DNA from: the human T2T-CHM13v2.0 reference genome, Homo sapiens
Strand: one strand, 5' to 3'
Length of the DNA: 64,000 nt
Assembly: GCF_009914755.1 (NCBI RefSeq)
Contig: NC_060926.1
A model generated the notes under the pieces. The model was not told where the DNA came from, made no database searches, and saw only the letters and a program-made list of their open reading frames with translations. Numbering within the stretch: the first letter of the stretch is position 1; every line of letters starts with the position of its first letter. The translations under genes and the position numbers were made by a program. Shown piece after piece: positions 1 to 11,979 of this stretch.

Positions 1-1439
1 TTTCCTTGCCACTGCCTCCCTTCATATAGGCTGGACTCTATCCAAATGGAATTAATTTTGCGAGAACTCGCCTGTATTTTCTGTTTGCGCCTCTATTTTT
101 ATTTCCTTTTGCCAATAGTATGCTTTCCTCACACTCTTAGTTCTTTAAAATCTCTCCTAAAGTACTCTCAGGTTTCCTGACCTGGAGATACTCTTTCTCT
201 CCTGTCATCTGTACATTTATCCACATTTTAAAAAAACATAGTGCTTACCACTTATCCTTCATTCTGTCTAGTGTAGTGCCCTGAAGAAATATGTGTGAAA
301 TTAACGAGTGGATAAAAGCATTTCTGTATTAAGCCCTCAGACAGTCTTGACTCCTCCATCTGCCTTTCCCATTCCCTTGCTGTTTATATAAGGCCATCTC
401 TTTCTCTCCCTTCTTTCAACTGGATTGGCTTTATCTGTGAATCTCTTTATCTTTCCCTAAGTGGCCTATTATCCTTTGTCTCCATTGCTTTTCTTCTGCT
501 GAGTTAGTATTAATTTCAATTTAAAGAGAAATTACATCATTTTGGTGAAGGACGTGTGTGGGAAATATAGAGGAAATGGAAGCTAGTGTTCAGAATGACA
601 TCTTGATTCATTTTGTGGGAACTCAGGCTGCCCACAAAAATTTCAAATATAGACTTGACTCCTGGGCTGGTGGCCAGCAGAGACTAGAAAGTAGAAGTTG
701 TGATGACATGTTCAGCATCCAGGTGGAAGGCCAGGGGCCAGCTGCAGGGCCCCACATTCCAGCCTGCTGATCCTGGCAGCTGCTCTTATATTCCTTAGAT
801 ACAGCTGTTTGAGCTTCTGATGAGACAGCTGGTTTGAGGTGATGGCAGGTAAGAGTAGGGGAAGAGACGTCTAATTACAGTATTGCTGTGTTTTGAAAGC
901 ATGTGAATCATCTGGGGCTCCCTGCATAGTTTGGGACGTCAAGTTGTGACAATGAATTAGGTTTTGTTGGTGGATTCTAAGGAATTGACTTACTTGGTTT
1001 CATAGAGGTATATCATTTGTCCGGAGTTGGACTTAGTAAATGCCACATATTGAGCCCCAGTTTAGTACCTATTCCATTACAGCTTTTAGATTCTAGATCT
1101 TTATTATCACTTTTCAAAACTATATTTCTTTATATTTTTGTGCATTTCACAAGCTGAATAGAACCGCAGGATTCCTTATTTTTCACATCATTGCCCCATT
1201 TGTGGAGATGTTTAGTTGAAGTGGCCCAAAGAAGCAGTCTAGTGGTACCTGTGAGGGTGAAGGCCTTGAAAAGAAACTTGAGACAGATGGTGTGCTTGAC
1301 TAACTGCCCCAGAGAATGTGATGCCAGAACCCAGGAGGGGCACCATGTTGCCTTTGCCATTGAACTACTAAATTTCTGAGAGGACAGAGGAGGCTACAGC
1401 TTAACCGCTCTCCAATTACCAATCTCTTCTTGGTTTCAG

Positions 1440-1532
1440 CGAATGACAACAGAGCTGCTCAAGGCGGGAACTCTGAGCTAAGCAGTGGAGGTTTCTCTGG
1501 ATCTGGAGAGAAGAGTGACCTTGGAGCCAATA
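1440..1532 (+). other. DIS3L2: DIS3L2 exon 2, 5'UTR portion (93 nt)
   Basis: Pyrimidine tract and acceptor 'tctcttcttggtttcag|C' at 1438-1439; 93 nt to the ATG at 1533. Confidence 0.88.
1443..1481 (+). promoter_or_regulatory. Upstream ORF (12 aa, MTTELLKAGTLS*) in the DIS3L2 5'UTR
   Basis: ATG at 1443, TAA at 1479-1481, in frame with the main ATG (90 nt upstream). Confidence 0.6.
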
Positions 1533-1584
1533 ATGAGCCATCCTGACTACAGAATGAACCTCCGGCCCCTGGGGACCCCCAGAG
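1533..1584 (+). CDS. DIS3L2: DIS3L2 first coding exon part (exon 2, c.1-52): MSHPDYRMNLRPLGTPR(G)
   Basis: ATG at 1533; translation matches the recalled human DIS3L2 N-terminus; donor AG|GTAGTA; phase 1 joins the next exon to make GGT (Gly18). Confidence 0.96.
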
Positions 1585-2118
1585 GTAGTAAAAGGAAAAT
1601 GGAGTCTGCCTGAATAACTGGAGAACTGAAATGAAAGTGGAATGGGTGTGAAGTGGAGGCTGTCTTTTAGGACTGAGGGCTACTATAATTCTTTTAGTGA
1701 CCTGTTAAGTATTCTGTGTGATTTATTCTAGAATTAGATGTGGTTTCTTGCTGTCTTAATTTATTGTTGTATTAAGTACAGCTGTTTAATTTCCTCTAGA
1801 AAAGTGGCAATCTTTTAGTAATTTCTATTTTCAAAAAGTCTGTGTGTCTATAAATAGCAAAGAATACTGAACTCATTATTCAGATTATGTTCCATGCGTG
1901 TTGTTGTGCTGATTTAAAACTCAAGTCTCATCTGTGTATATTTTATTCATGTTTTCTTAGCCACTCTTTCCTTTTTGTTATTGTTAAAAATCACCATCAG
2001 GGAGTTTCAGTCTCTTGTTGGTCTCTTTAAATAATAATTGTAAAAAGGTATAATATCTCCAGTTTTAAAAATACACAGATGTTTGAGGAAAGAGTTGATT
2101 GCTGCCTCCTGTTTCTAG

Positions 2119-2276
2119 GTGTGTCTGCTGTGGCTGGTCCACATGACATTGGTGCTTCGCCAGGTGACAAAAAGTCAAAGAACAGGTCCACACGAGGGAA
2201 GAAAAAGAGCATATTTGAAACTTACATGTCCAAGGAGGATGTTTCAGAAGGCTTGAAGAGAGGAACACTCATCCAG
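2119..2276 (+). CDS. DIS3L2: DIS3L2 exon 3 (158 nt): (G)[52 protein letters not shown]
   Basis: Acceptor 'ctcctgtttctag|GT', donor CAG|GTGCTT; lies within ORF 2079..2309; frame continuous with exons 2 and 4. Confidence 0.97.
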
Positions 2277-3502
2277 GTGCTTAAAATCTACTGGAAGGCT
2301 ATTCTCTGAATATGTAGAATCCAAAACAATCTATTAAACTGTTTCCTGTTCTGTGCTATATGCTTTCAGAGAGACGATGATGTAACAGGTGCAGGGCTGT
2401 TATGATGGCATAACAGAGATGATGAGGTAACAGATTCTTCTTAGAACTACAGTACATTTAGAGGTAATAAGCACCACAAGACAGGAACAGGAAAAGTGCT
2501 CTGAGATTTGAGAGGAGGGAACCACTATTTCCCATTAGGATTGTCTAGAGATGCTTTATTGGAAGTGACATGTTTGAGCCAGGCCATGGATTGGTGCAGT
2601 TTGAGTAAGTGAAGATAAGAGAGAGCTTTACAAATGTAGGGACCAGTGTGAGCTACTACAATAGAAGTGAGAAATTGGGTTTGGATATATGAAACATTGA
2701 ATAGTTCAGTTTTTCTGGAGCATGTGGATGCTGAACGACGGAGAAAAATGGATGAGGTTGGAAAGGAAGCAGTAAACAACAATAGACAGTATTTGTTGAG
2801 TGCTTTATACTTTACAAACTATGTTTACAAGCTAGTTCAGTGGTTTGGCTGAACAAATGTTTATGGAGCATCCATTGTGAGCCAGGAACAGTTATGGTTA
2901 GAATAAGTGTGCAGCATGGGTGCCTTTGACATGGAGGTAGACAAGATTGCCTTGCTGTACTTCAGCTTGCAGCCCAGTGGTGGGAGGCAGTCATGTGAAC
3001 AGATGATTTGGGGATAAAATGGCAAGTGCTCAGATAAAAGGGTGACCAGGGTATATGGCAAAATATTGGGGGGAAATGGGGAAACTGTGTAGGCTGAGGT
3101 TCTGGAGAGGCTTCCTGGAGTTGGTGACCCTCGTGGTAGGTATTGAGGGTCTAGTTTGGGCCTATCAGATGAGTGATATGTGTGTGGGAGGTATGGAGAG
3201 GCAGTGGCGCTAACGAAAACATGAACTTGTGAAACAACATGGAGTATGGCAGCTTAGGCCTCCTTGGGCATAAACTATCAGGCAGGTAGTAGGCTGGGGA
3301 GGGAGGCAGGGCCACATATTCTGTGAATTAAGTCTATTTCATAATACTTTCATTAGTATAGAAATATTGCCATGTGCTACCTGGCTCACTTGAAAATGCT
3401 GTGTTCCATTTTCTCTTATTCTGAGAGCCCAGCTTCTGTATTTGTGTTTTTGGCTGAAGATCTAACCAATTTACAGATGCTGTCATCTTCTCTTCCTTTT
3501 TG

Positions 3503-3561
3503 TCCCCTCCCTCCCTCCCTCCCTCTCTCCCTCCCTCCCTCCCTCCCTTCCTTCCTTCCTT
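3503..3561. repeat. (CCTC)n/(CCTT)n polypyrimidine simple repeat
   Basis: tcccctccctccctccctccctctctccctccctccctccctcccttccttccttcct. Confidence 0.9.
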
Positions 3562-3687
3562 CACCTTTCTTTACCTTTCTGTATTTATCTGTGGTCAAGT
3601 GCACACGTGCACAAGAAAGAAGAAAGAAAACTATCTTTTAAAAAATGAGTTGGTTTTTCTGATTCTTGGAGTACTCTTGGTGGTTTT

Positions 3688-4088
<401 letters not shown>

Positions 4089-4249
4089 TAGTCCATTCAT
4101 TAATCCATTCATTTGCTCTTCATTGTTCAGCCCATATCCCAAACACCATTTTATCTGTAAGTTTCTTGGCCCTTCTCTTGTTTCACATAGGAGGACCCAT
4201 TGTGCCTTTCCATTCTTATCCTCCTGCACTCTCCTCCAGGAACACTCTC

Positions 4250-4655
4250 CTCCATTCACCCTGAGCCTTCCAGTCTTTTCCTCTAAAAACTGTTCTTCTT
4301 GATGTCTCTGTGACTTTGTGCATGCTGTTCCTGGTGCTTGGAATGCTTTCTCCTGCTGCCTTGATGTAATGGTGCTTACCTTTTAAGTCCGTGCCTAAAT
4401 GTTACCCACTTTGAGAAGCCTCATTTTAATTCTCCAAGTAGAGTTGGCTGTTAGTGTTTTCCTGTAGTTGACTTCTTTGTTTTCCCTTTATTCTAAACTT
4501 AACACCATTTCTTGGCTTTTATGTTTCCCCCAGATAGACTGTTCATGTCCTTGATGGCAGGGTCATGTCTTGTTCCAGAAGTTAGCTCAGTGCCTGGCAT
4601 TTGACTGTTGCTTAATACATTTATATTGAATAAATACTTACTTACTGACTGAATA
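4250..4655 (+). mobile_element. L2 3' fragment (old LINE)
   Basis: L2-like 'tagactg..ccttgatggcagggtcatgtct..cagtgcctggca..ttgaataaat'. Confidence 0.55.
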
Positions 4656-5874
4656 AAGGATCCAGATACTGTCTTTTGAAGAAGAGTTGGGGGAACTTCA
4701 GTTGTTAGAACTTGAAAGAAAACTAGCCTAGAATTTTGGTTATAGAATTATACCTGTCTAGAGATAAGGAGAGGACAGCGAAGGAGAGGACAGCGTTCTG
4801 CAGTGATATTAGCTTCAGCTCCCTTTTAGTTTTTGCTTTTGAAGCAACTCGTTGCTGATACTCAAACAAAACAAAACAAAAATCTGATCAATATAACAAC
4901 TCTAATTCCCAGGAGTTTGTAAGTGATTCCTTCTGGCCTGTGACATCATGGGACTCTGCAGCCAGGGCCTCCCCCCTACATATGAGAACAGTTGTTCTTT
5001 GCAGATGGGAAAAGGAATGGGTTCCAGATATGAGGTCACCGTGTGAAATATACAACACTGTAAATAAGATTTTCATAGGCAGAGAAACAGAGTCCATCTG
5101 CTGCTTGATATAAACTTTATGTGTGCAAGCCTTGCGGGGTAAGGTAAAAGGCCAGACAAGAAAGGATGTTTTAATGCTGATGGAGAAAATTAAGTGTATT
5201 AGAGATACTTAGAAACTTTTGTTAACTTTAGTATTCAAACTCATCTCTTTTGACCTCTTTTTTTTCTCCCTATCCAGAGAAGAAACTTTTATCGAGAGAT
5301 TGAAGGGGGATTTAAAAAAAAACAGGAGTAGAGTATTTTTATTTTGTTTTCAATACCTTAACTAATACTTCGACATTTCATTAGTATTTTTTCCTATGTG
5401 GGGAGGAGACCACAGTTTCCTCTTTCCAGTGTTTGAAATGGCAATAACAGTAACACATGGTCATGTACATGTAGTTTTGAAGTTTAAAAAAAAATAATAA
5501 ATTCTCACATCAAAAAATGTATTTCATTTCTCTCTTCATAGGTAGAGTACTGAGAGGTTGTTATAGGAGATGTTGGGAGAGATTAGAGTAGGGGATAGAC
5601 AAGCCTGGAAGGGGCTCCAGTTTAGGGTGATGATCAAGGTGACATGGGTATGAACATGGCAGAATTGGCTGTTTCAGATCCCAAAAGATGCTTTGGCTAA
5701 AGGAAGTTCAGGCTAAGCCTCCAGAGCTGTCTTAGTCATGATGTCGGAGTTCCTCTTAGAATAGAATATTGGTGTGAAGTTGTTATTGGCTCTCTGAAAA
5801 ATCCTAGTCCAGGAAGATAGAGGTCAGGATGAACTAGTTTCTGGGACCTTCACCATTTGTTAAGAGTGAAATCA

Positions 5875-6178
5875 AGCAGGGTGTGGTGGCTCACGCCTGT
5901 AATCCCAGCACTTTAGAAGGCTAGGGTGGGAAGATTGCTTGAGGCCAGAAGTTTAAGACCAGCCTGGGCAACATAGTGAGACTTCATCTGTACAAAATAA
6001 AAATCAGCCAGGCATGGTGATGTGCACCTGTATTCCTAGCTACTGGGAAGGCTGAGGCAGGAGGATCGCTTGAGTCCTGGAGTTGGAGGCTATGGTAGGT
6101 AAGTCATGATCATGCCATTGTGCTCCAGCCTGGGCAACAGAGTGAGACCCTGTCTCTCTCTCTTTTTTTTTTTTTTTA
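5875..6178 (+). mobile_element. AluJ-type SINE with a T-rich rather than A-rich tail
   Basis: Alu dimer; TSD aagagtgaaatca (5862-5874) / aagagtaaaatca (6179-6191). Confidence 0.9.
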
Positions 6179-6339
6179 AAGAGTAAAATCAGCTGGAGAA
6201 TACTTGGGGATGAATTAAAGATGAGGGGAATAGATGTGATGTTACAGTGGAATGCCCAGCCACTTAGAAGGGAGAGATGATATTCATAACATTAATACTG
6301 GGGGTGATGAGAGAACTTTAGCTCTGCAGGCATTAATTA

Positions 6340-7190
6340 ATTAATTACTGCAACAAATGTTTCTTGACTTCTTACTCAGTGCCAAGCGTATACCAGTGAG
6401 CAAGTTAGGCAAGTCACTGGGGAGGTAAGGAAAAACAACTAAAGAAAAAGAGAAGAAATTATAGACTGATCATTGCTAATAAAGAAATGGGAAGGGTGAG
6501 AGAGAATAATTAGAGAGAGCCTCTTTAGTAGGGTCGTTAGGGAAAGCCTCTGTGAGATGATCTGTGGGTTATCTGAGATGAGAATGAATCAGCCAATTGA
6601 AGAATTAGGAGAAGAACATAGGTGGATAGCTCAGCTAGTAGAACAGCAGCAAGCAGAAGAAGGCTTGGTGTTTCTGAGAAATGAGAAGGAAGCCTGTTGG
6701 AACATTGTGAGCAAAGGGAGTTATATTATGGGACAAGTGGAGAGTTAGGCAGCAGCCAAGTCATGTAGGGTCTCTAGGCTATGCTGGAGAATTGGATTTT
6801 GTTCAAAGAGCAGCAGGAAGTCACTGAAGGCTCTTAAGCAGGGGAAGAAAATAATCTGTTTCATGCTTTGAACATACCTCTCTGGGAATTGTGAGATGAA
6901 TAGAGTGGAAGCTGAGAGGCCACTCAGGAAGGTATCAAAGTAAACCAGGTCAGAAAACATGGAGATGGGAACAAGAAAGTGGCAGTAAAGATGGAGAGGA
7001 GTGGATGGATGGATGGATGTGGGGCTAGAACTGATGTGACATGGTGATGGATGAGATATGGAAGGTGAGGCAGAGGGAGGCATCCCTGATGCTTGCTGAG
7101 TTTTCGAATTGAGCAGCTGGCTGGATGATGTTGCCATTAACCAAGACAGAGAAAAGCAAGGGTTGGAATGTGGTGCTGAGTTTTTGGGCA
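6340..7190 (-). mobile_element. L2 fragments
   Basis: L2-typical purine-rich motifs 'gatgatgttgccattaaccaagacag', 'gaaggctcttaagcagggg', 'caacaaatgttt'. Confidence 0.55.
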
Positions 7191-7261
7191 AGAGGGATAG
7201 CTGGCATACATGAGTGAAGAGGCCCTGGTGGTGACCGTGGCAAACAGAGAGAGAGGCTGTT

Positions 7262-7480
7262 CACAGTAGTTGAGAGCATGGAGTCTGGAGCCAGATTGTC
7301 TGGCCTTGAATGTGATGTGAAAGCGGGCAATTTTCTTAACCTCTCAGTGCCTCAGTTTCCTCATCTGTAAAAGCAAGGATAATAGTATCTACCTCATAGG
7401 GTTGTTGTGAGGGTTAAATTAGCTGATCGATATAAAGCTCTTCAAAGAGTGTGTGGCATGTCGTATGCCTGCATAAGTGG
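7262..7480 (+). mobile_element. MIR SINE
   Basis: MIR core 'ttaacctctcagtgcctcagtttcctcatctgtaaaa..ataatagtatctacctcatagggttgttgtgagggttaaa'. Confidence 0.85.
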
Positions 7481-10400
7481 CACTTGAGTTTTGTTTTTAT
7501 TACTATAAGAGGAGCGTCTGTTATTCAGGTTAGGTGGTTGCTGTCATTTGGAGAACCCTGTCCAAAGCTGTTAGATCTTATGATTTTTCAAGAATATCTG
7601 GAAATATGTATTTTATATGTGTGAAATTCCTCAGTTTTAAGGACTCTCAAACAAGCCAAATACAGTATGTTTGTGATTGCCAGTTAGACTGATTTAGCCC
7701 AGTTGTGTGGTGTTTTTCTATGGTACTGTTTAGCTCCTGGGGTATAGGAAGGGAGAAAGCAGATAGCTGGGGTTAGTTGAGAGTAGAGAATCAAGGGTAA
7801 AATCTTCAAGGTCTTTTGCTGGTTGAGTATCAGAGTAAGAGGTTTGTTCAGGATTTGCAACGTTAATAGATAATGATAGGCCATGGCAATTAGGTGGCTA
7901 GAGAAGGGAGTAAACAGTGGGAGGACAATGAATGGTGACAATGTGGTCACAGCTTTGGGCTGGAGATCTTAGTGAAATCGAAGAGTTGTTGAAGTGGGGT
8001 TTCTACCATAAGTAGACAGAAGATTGCCATCGGAAAGTGCGATATTTGAATTTTTTTTTTTTTTGAGGTAGTGTCATTAGTAGTGCTGACGGGATCCAGG
8101 CTGTGAACGTGGGAGAGAGTAGGTGGGTTAGGGGAGCAAATGGTAGTTAGAGTGACAGGCTAGGGTTGCTTGGTCTTCAACATGGATGTGAAGTCCCAAA
8201 AATATATATAGTAGTGAGGATAGAGAGGAAGGCAGTGAACTGCTAGTCAAAATGTTAGTGAATTGGAGCTTTGACCCACCTGTAAATTTGAGGATGACAG
8301 CACCAAAGAGGTGCTAATGATATGAACTTTAAAGGATCTGGGATTTTTGAAAGAGAATGGAGGAAAAAATACTTTTAAAGTCATGATGGGGAAGCAAAGA
8401 GACCTTCCTCCCTTGGTCCCTGAGATACATGGGTTATGAGAGATAAAATAGACTCCCTCTGAGAGCACTCGAGAGAAGCAATCACTTCAGGGAACAGCCA
8501 GGTTTCAATTAAGGTGAAGAATCAGGAGCATCTGGAGAAGAGATGGAGGCTATGGGATCCTCACTGATCAAGTTTCAGGCCTAGGGAAGTGCTTTAGGAA
8601 GAAGACAGGAGATGGGCAATTGGGTCAGGTTAGGGGATGGCTATAGAAATGAAAGCCTTGGACTTTTGTAGGTGAGTAAGACGAGATCTGTGGGAAGTAT
8701 CCTTTAGTTAAATGACCATTTGTTTTTGACAGACTTAAATGCCAGCTGCTTCTCTCAGGCTATAGGAACAACTCTGGTCTGCTGCGGAGCTCTGTGGGAG
8801 TTTCTGCTTTCTTAGTGTGATCTGCATTCCCTCAAGGGCTCTGTTTCCGAGGTCCAGTTCTTCAGAGTTATGCTCCAGTCAAATTTGCAAATGCTGTTGT
8901 GGAACCAGGTTTCTATTCTTCCTTGTGTGCTTTTGTATATATTGGGAAGTTTGGGATAGAGAATCAAGGGTAAAATCTTCAAGGTCTTCTTAACATCTTT
9001 TCTTTTAAATAGAGCCTGGATGCAGCCCTGAGCAACCTGTCTCTTTTCCCTGGGCCCAGCCTGGCCTGTCTGAGTGCCCTGCAATTAAAGGCATTTTCAA
9101 AGCTAGAGGCATTCTGATCTCTGTACTTGTTCATATGCTAACCATTCTTTGAGCGACAAGGGATGATAGAAGAATAGGAATTGAAAAAAAAACTTAGGCC
9201 AGAGAAAAGCATCTGGAATCAGAAAATGAAATTGTTAGACATTTAATTTCAATGAATTGACTTTTGTTTGTTTGGAGTCTCTTCCCCTCACGAGACTGTA
9301 AGCTCTGTGATGGTAGAGACTGTCTGTTGTTAGTCTCCCTTGTACCCCGTCATTTGACATGGTGCCTGCCATGCTATTCGTTAGGAAATATTTGTTGAGT
9401 GAGTGGATGAATATTTAGGTTAAATGTAAGTTTTTTCCCTCCTTCCCTCAACAAGAAACAGCTGTCTAGAAGTGGATTTACTGTGACACTCTTTAACAAG
9501 GGACTGGCCTTGGGGAGCTTTGCCAACCTTATCTCCTGGTCCCTCCCTCTTCTGTGCTAGGCAGAGTTATCGCACAATGGAGAAGAGTTAGTGAGTGCCC
9601 TCTTAACCACTTTTGCTAACACAGTGTCCTCTACTATACTTCTCATCTGATTTATTTGCAAATTTTGCTCTTCTGTAAAGGACTAGGTCAGATACCATCT
9701 CTGAAGCCTCTTCTGGTGCCCTCGCTGTGAAAGTAAGCTGTACCTCTGCTTTATGTTTTCCTTTAAAATAGGGATTGAGCTTAGTTAATCATTATCTTCT
9801 CCATCAGTGTGTCTCAGGGTCTTGAATATAGTCCATACTCAATAATTAATTGTTGAATTAAGGACTGAATGATCATTTGTAGTAGTCTATTTGAGTGTTC
9901 ATGATATTGTAAACTGTGGCATGGACATTTGTAATTTAAACATGGTACAGTGCAGAAGGAAATTATTTTCTGCTTTATTTTATGCCGTTGCCTGTTTTGT
10001 TAATTATGTATCTTTGAGTCTTTAAACGTTTTAGGGAGAAATGTTATTTAAAACACTTTCTCAAGATATCCTTTGAGTCTGGCTGTTAGAAAAATAACTG
10101 CTTCCATCCATGTGTTCCAGTGGCCTGAGACTACAGCTGGAACCTGGGGAGCCTTACAGCTTCCTGCAAGAGCCTGAAATACTGAACTGCTATTGAAGAG
10201 GCCCCCACCTGCACCCCTGTGTGTAAATAGAAGCAGACCCTGATTTGGTGCTGGAATAACATGAAGTTGAAGGCAGACTGGGTGGCCTGGCTGTTGGAGC
10301 CAGGATTCCAGTTTGCATTAAGAGCTGGTTATGGACCATTTTGAATTATTGACTCATTCAGCTCTGCAGAGGGGCCAGAGTAAAAAATAATGCATCCAGT

Positions 10401-10880
10401 TTCATAAGGCTCAGTATCTAGCTTGGAAATCAACCTGTACCACTTTGAAAATTGTCACAGAAACAAGCAATTGTGGAAAGGTCTTGGAACTGGGAGAAAA
10501 AAAAGGCCTTTATATAGTGAGGCACAATCCCTAGGTAATCTTGTTTGTAAAGTCAAGGTTTAAATTTGAAGACTAGCATATAGGGGCATCTAAAATCCTA
10601 ATAGTTGCCACTTTCCCACTCTACGCCAAGCTCTGTTGTTCCTTACCTTTGCTTGTTCACACCAAGGTGCCAGTCTAAGCTTTCTGTTTTTGATAGAACC
10701 CTCTATTTCAGATATCAACATAAATTGTGTTTCCTGCATTTAATGAATATTTCTTATACATCTAACTTGTTTTCTCAAGTGACCTGTTTAATTTTAAAAC
10801 TTTTTATTGGAGAATAACATACGTGGAAAAATCGTAAATATATAGCTAGATTTTCACAAACTTTATTTTTTGTTTTAAAG

Positions 10881-10934
10881 GGTGTATTGAGAATTAATCC
10901 AAAGAAGTTTCATGAAGCCTTCATTCCTTCCCCG
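10881..10934 (+). CDS. DIS3L2: DIS3L2 exon 4 (54 nt): GVLRINPKKFHEAFIPSP (cold-shock domain 1 region)
   Basis: Acceptor 'ttttttgttttaaag|G', donor CCG|GTAAGT, phase 0-0; RNase II/Dis3-type motif. Confidence 0.96.
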
Positions 10935-11779
10935 GTAAGTTCAATAAATTTATAATAAACTTTATGTCACATTTAATTTTTTAGATCTGCTCCGAAACTG
11001 AAATCATATATTCTAACTAAAAAGCAGAGTAGTGAAACAAAATTGACGATGGGCAAAGATTTGTTTCAAATTTAAATAAACTAAATTTTCTTTTGGTTAA
11101 CAACCCCTTCTGTCAGTCTTAAAATCGCATGCCAAATGAAAGGGATGGCATTTGTTACAAGGCTGCAAAGAGCAGCTGGACCCAGGCAGACTACCCACCA
11201 GTTCGTGTAACTGGACGCCCTTGGTTTATGGCTTAAAAGGATTTATGGTTTTTTCCACCGATTTAAGTTAATCTTTCCTAAACAAATATGCTATCTACTT
11301 TGGATCTACTGCATGAGCTAATCTGAACATTTGTCCAAAAATAACGTGTAATGCTTTTTTTTTTTGGTGGGGGTCAGAGTTTCTCACTTCACTTTCGTGC
11401 AGGTGATAAAACTTTGTACAAGGCTCTTTACCGTTGGGTCTTTAGACCCTTTCTTACATTTATGACTCATTTTAAGAGGCTCTTTCCACTTAAATCAAGT
11501 TTACACTGATATATAGTTAGCAGCAGTTCTCTAGAGAAGGTTTGATTGAGCAAAGCTGGGAGAGCAATATTCTTAAATTCCTGACCTAACTTTTCCAGGA
11601 TACCATAAATAGAATAGCTATAGAATCACAGATTTTTCACAGTGAAAGAGACCAAACTTATGCTTATAGATGACGAAATGGGATACATATATTTTAGTTA
11701 ACATATTTTATTATTTTAAATGACAGTAAGTTTAGTGAGAATATAGGTTCAGTCATGTACTTTATAAATGTCATTATTA

Positions 11780-11979
11780 CAGATTGAGCACCCCTTATTT
11801 GAAACACTTGGGACCAGAGGTATTTTGGATTTAGAATTTTTTTTTAAATATTGGAATATTTACATTACATACTTACACTGAAATCCAAAATGCTCCAGTG
11901 AGCATTTCCTTTGAATGTCATGTCAGTGCCCAAAGAGTTTTATATTTTGGAACATTTCAGATTTTATATGCTCAAGTGA
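11780..11979. mobile_element. MER46/Tigger4-type non-autonomous DNA transposon
   Basis: ta-CAGATTGAGCAcccctt...ttgggaccagag...atGCTCAA terminal inverted-repeat remnants. Confidence 0.65.

Noticed and set aside
2079-2309. 76-aa ORF as a standalone gene
   Set aside because: Only 2119-2276 is coding (DIS3L2 exon 3); the rest is intronic read-through
11220-11250. Paired TTTATGG (HOX/CDX-like) motifs
   Set aside because: Short AT-rich motifs expected by chance; no independent support
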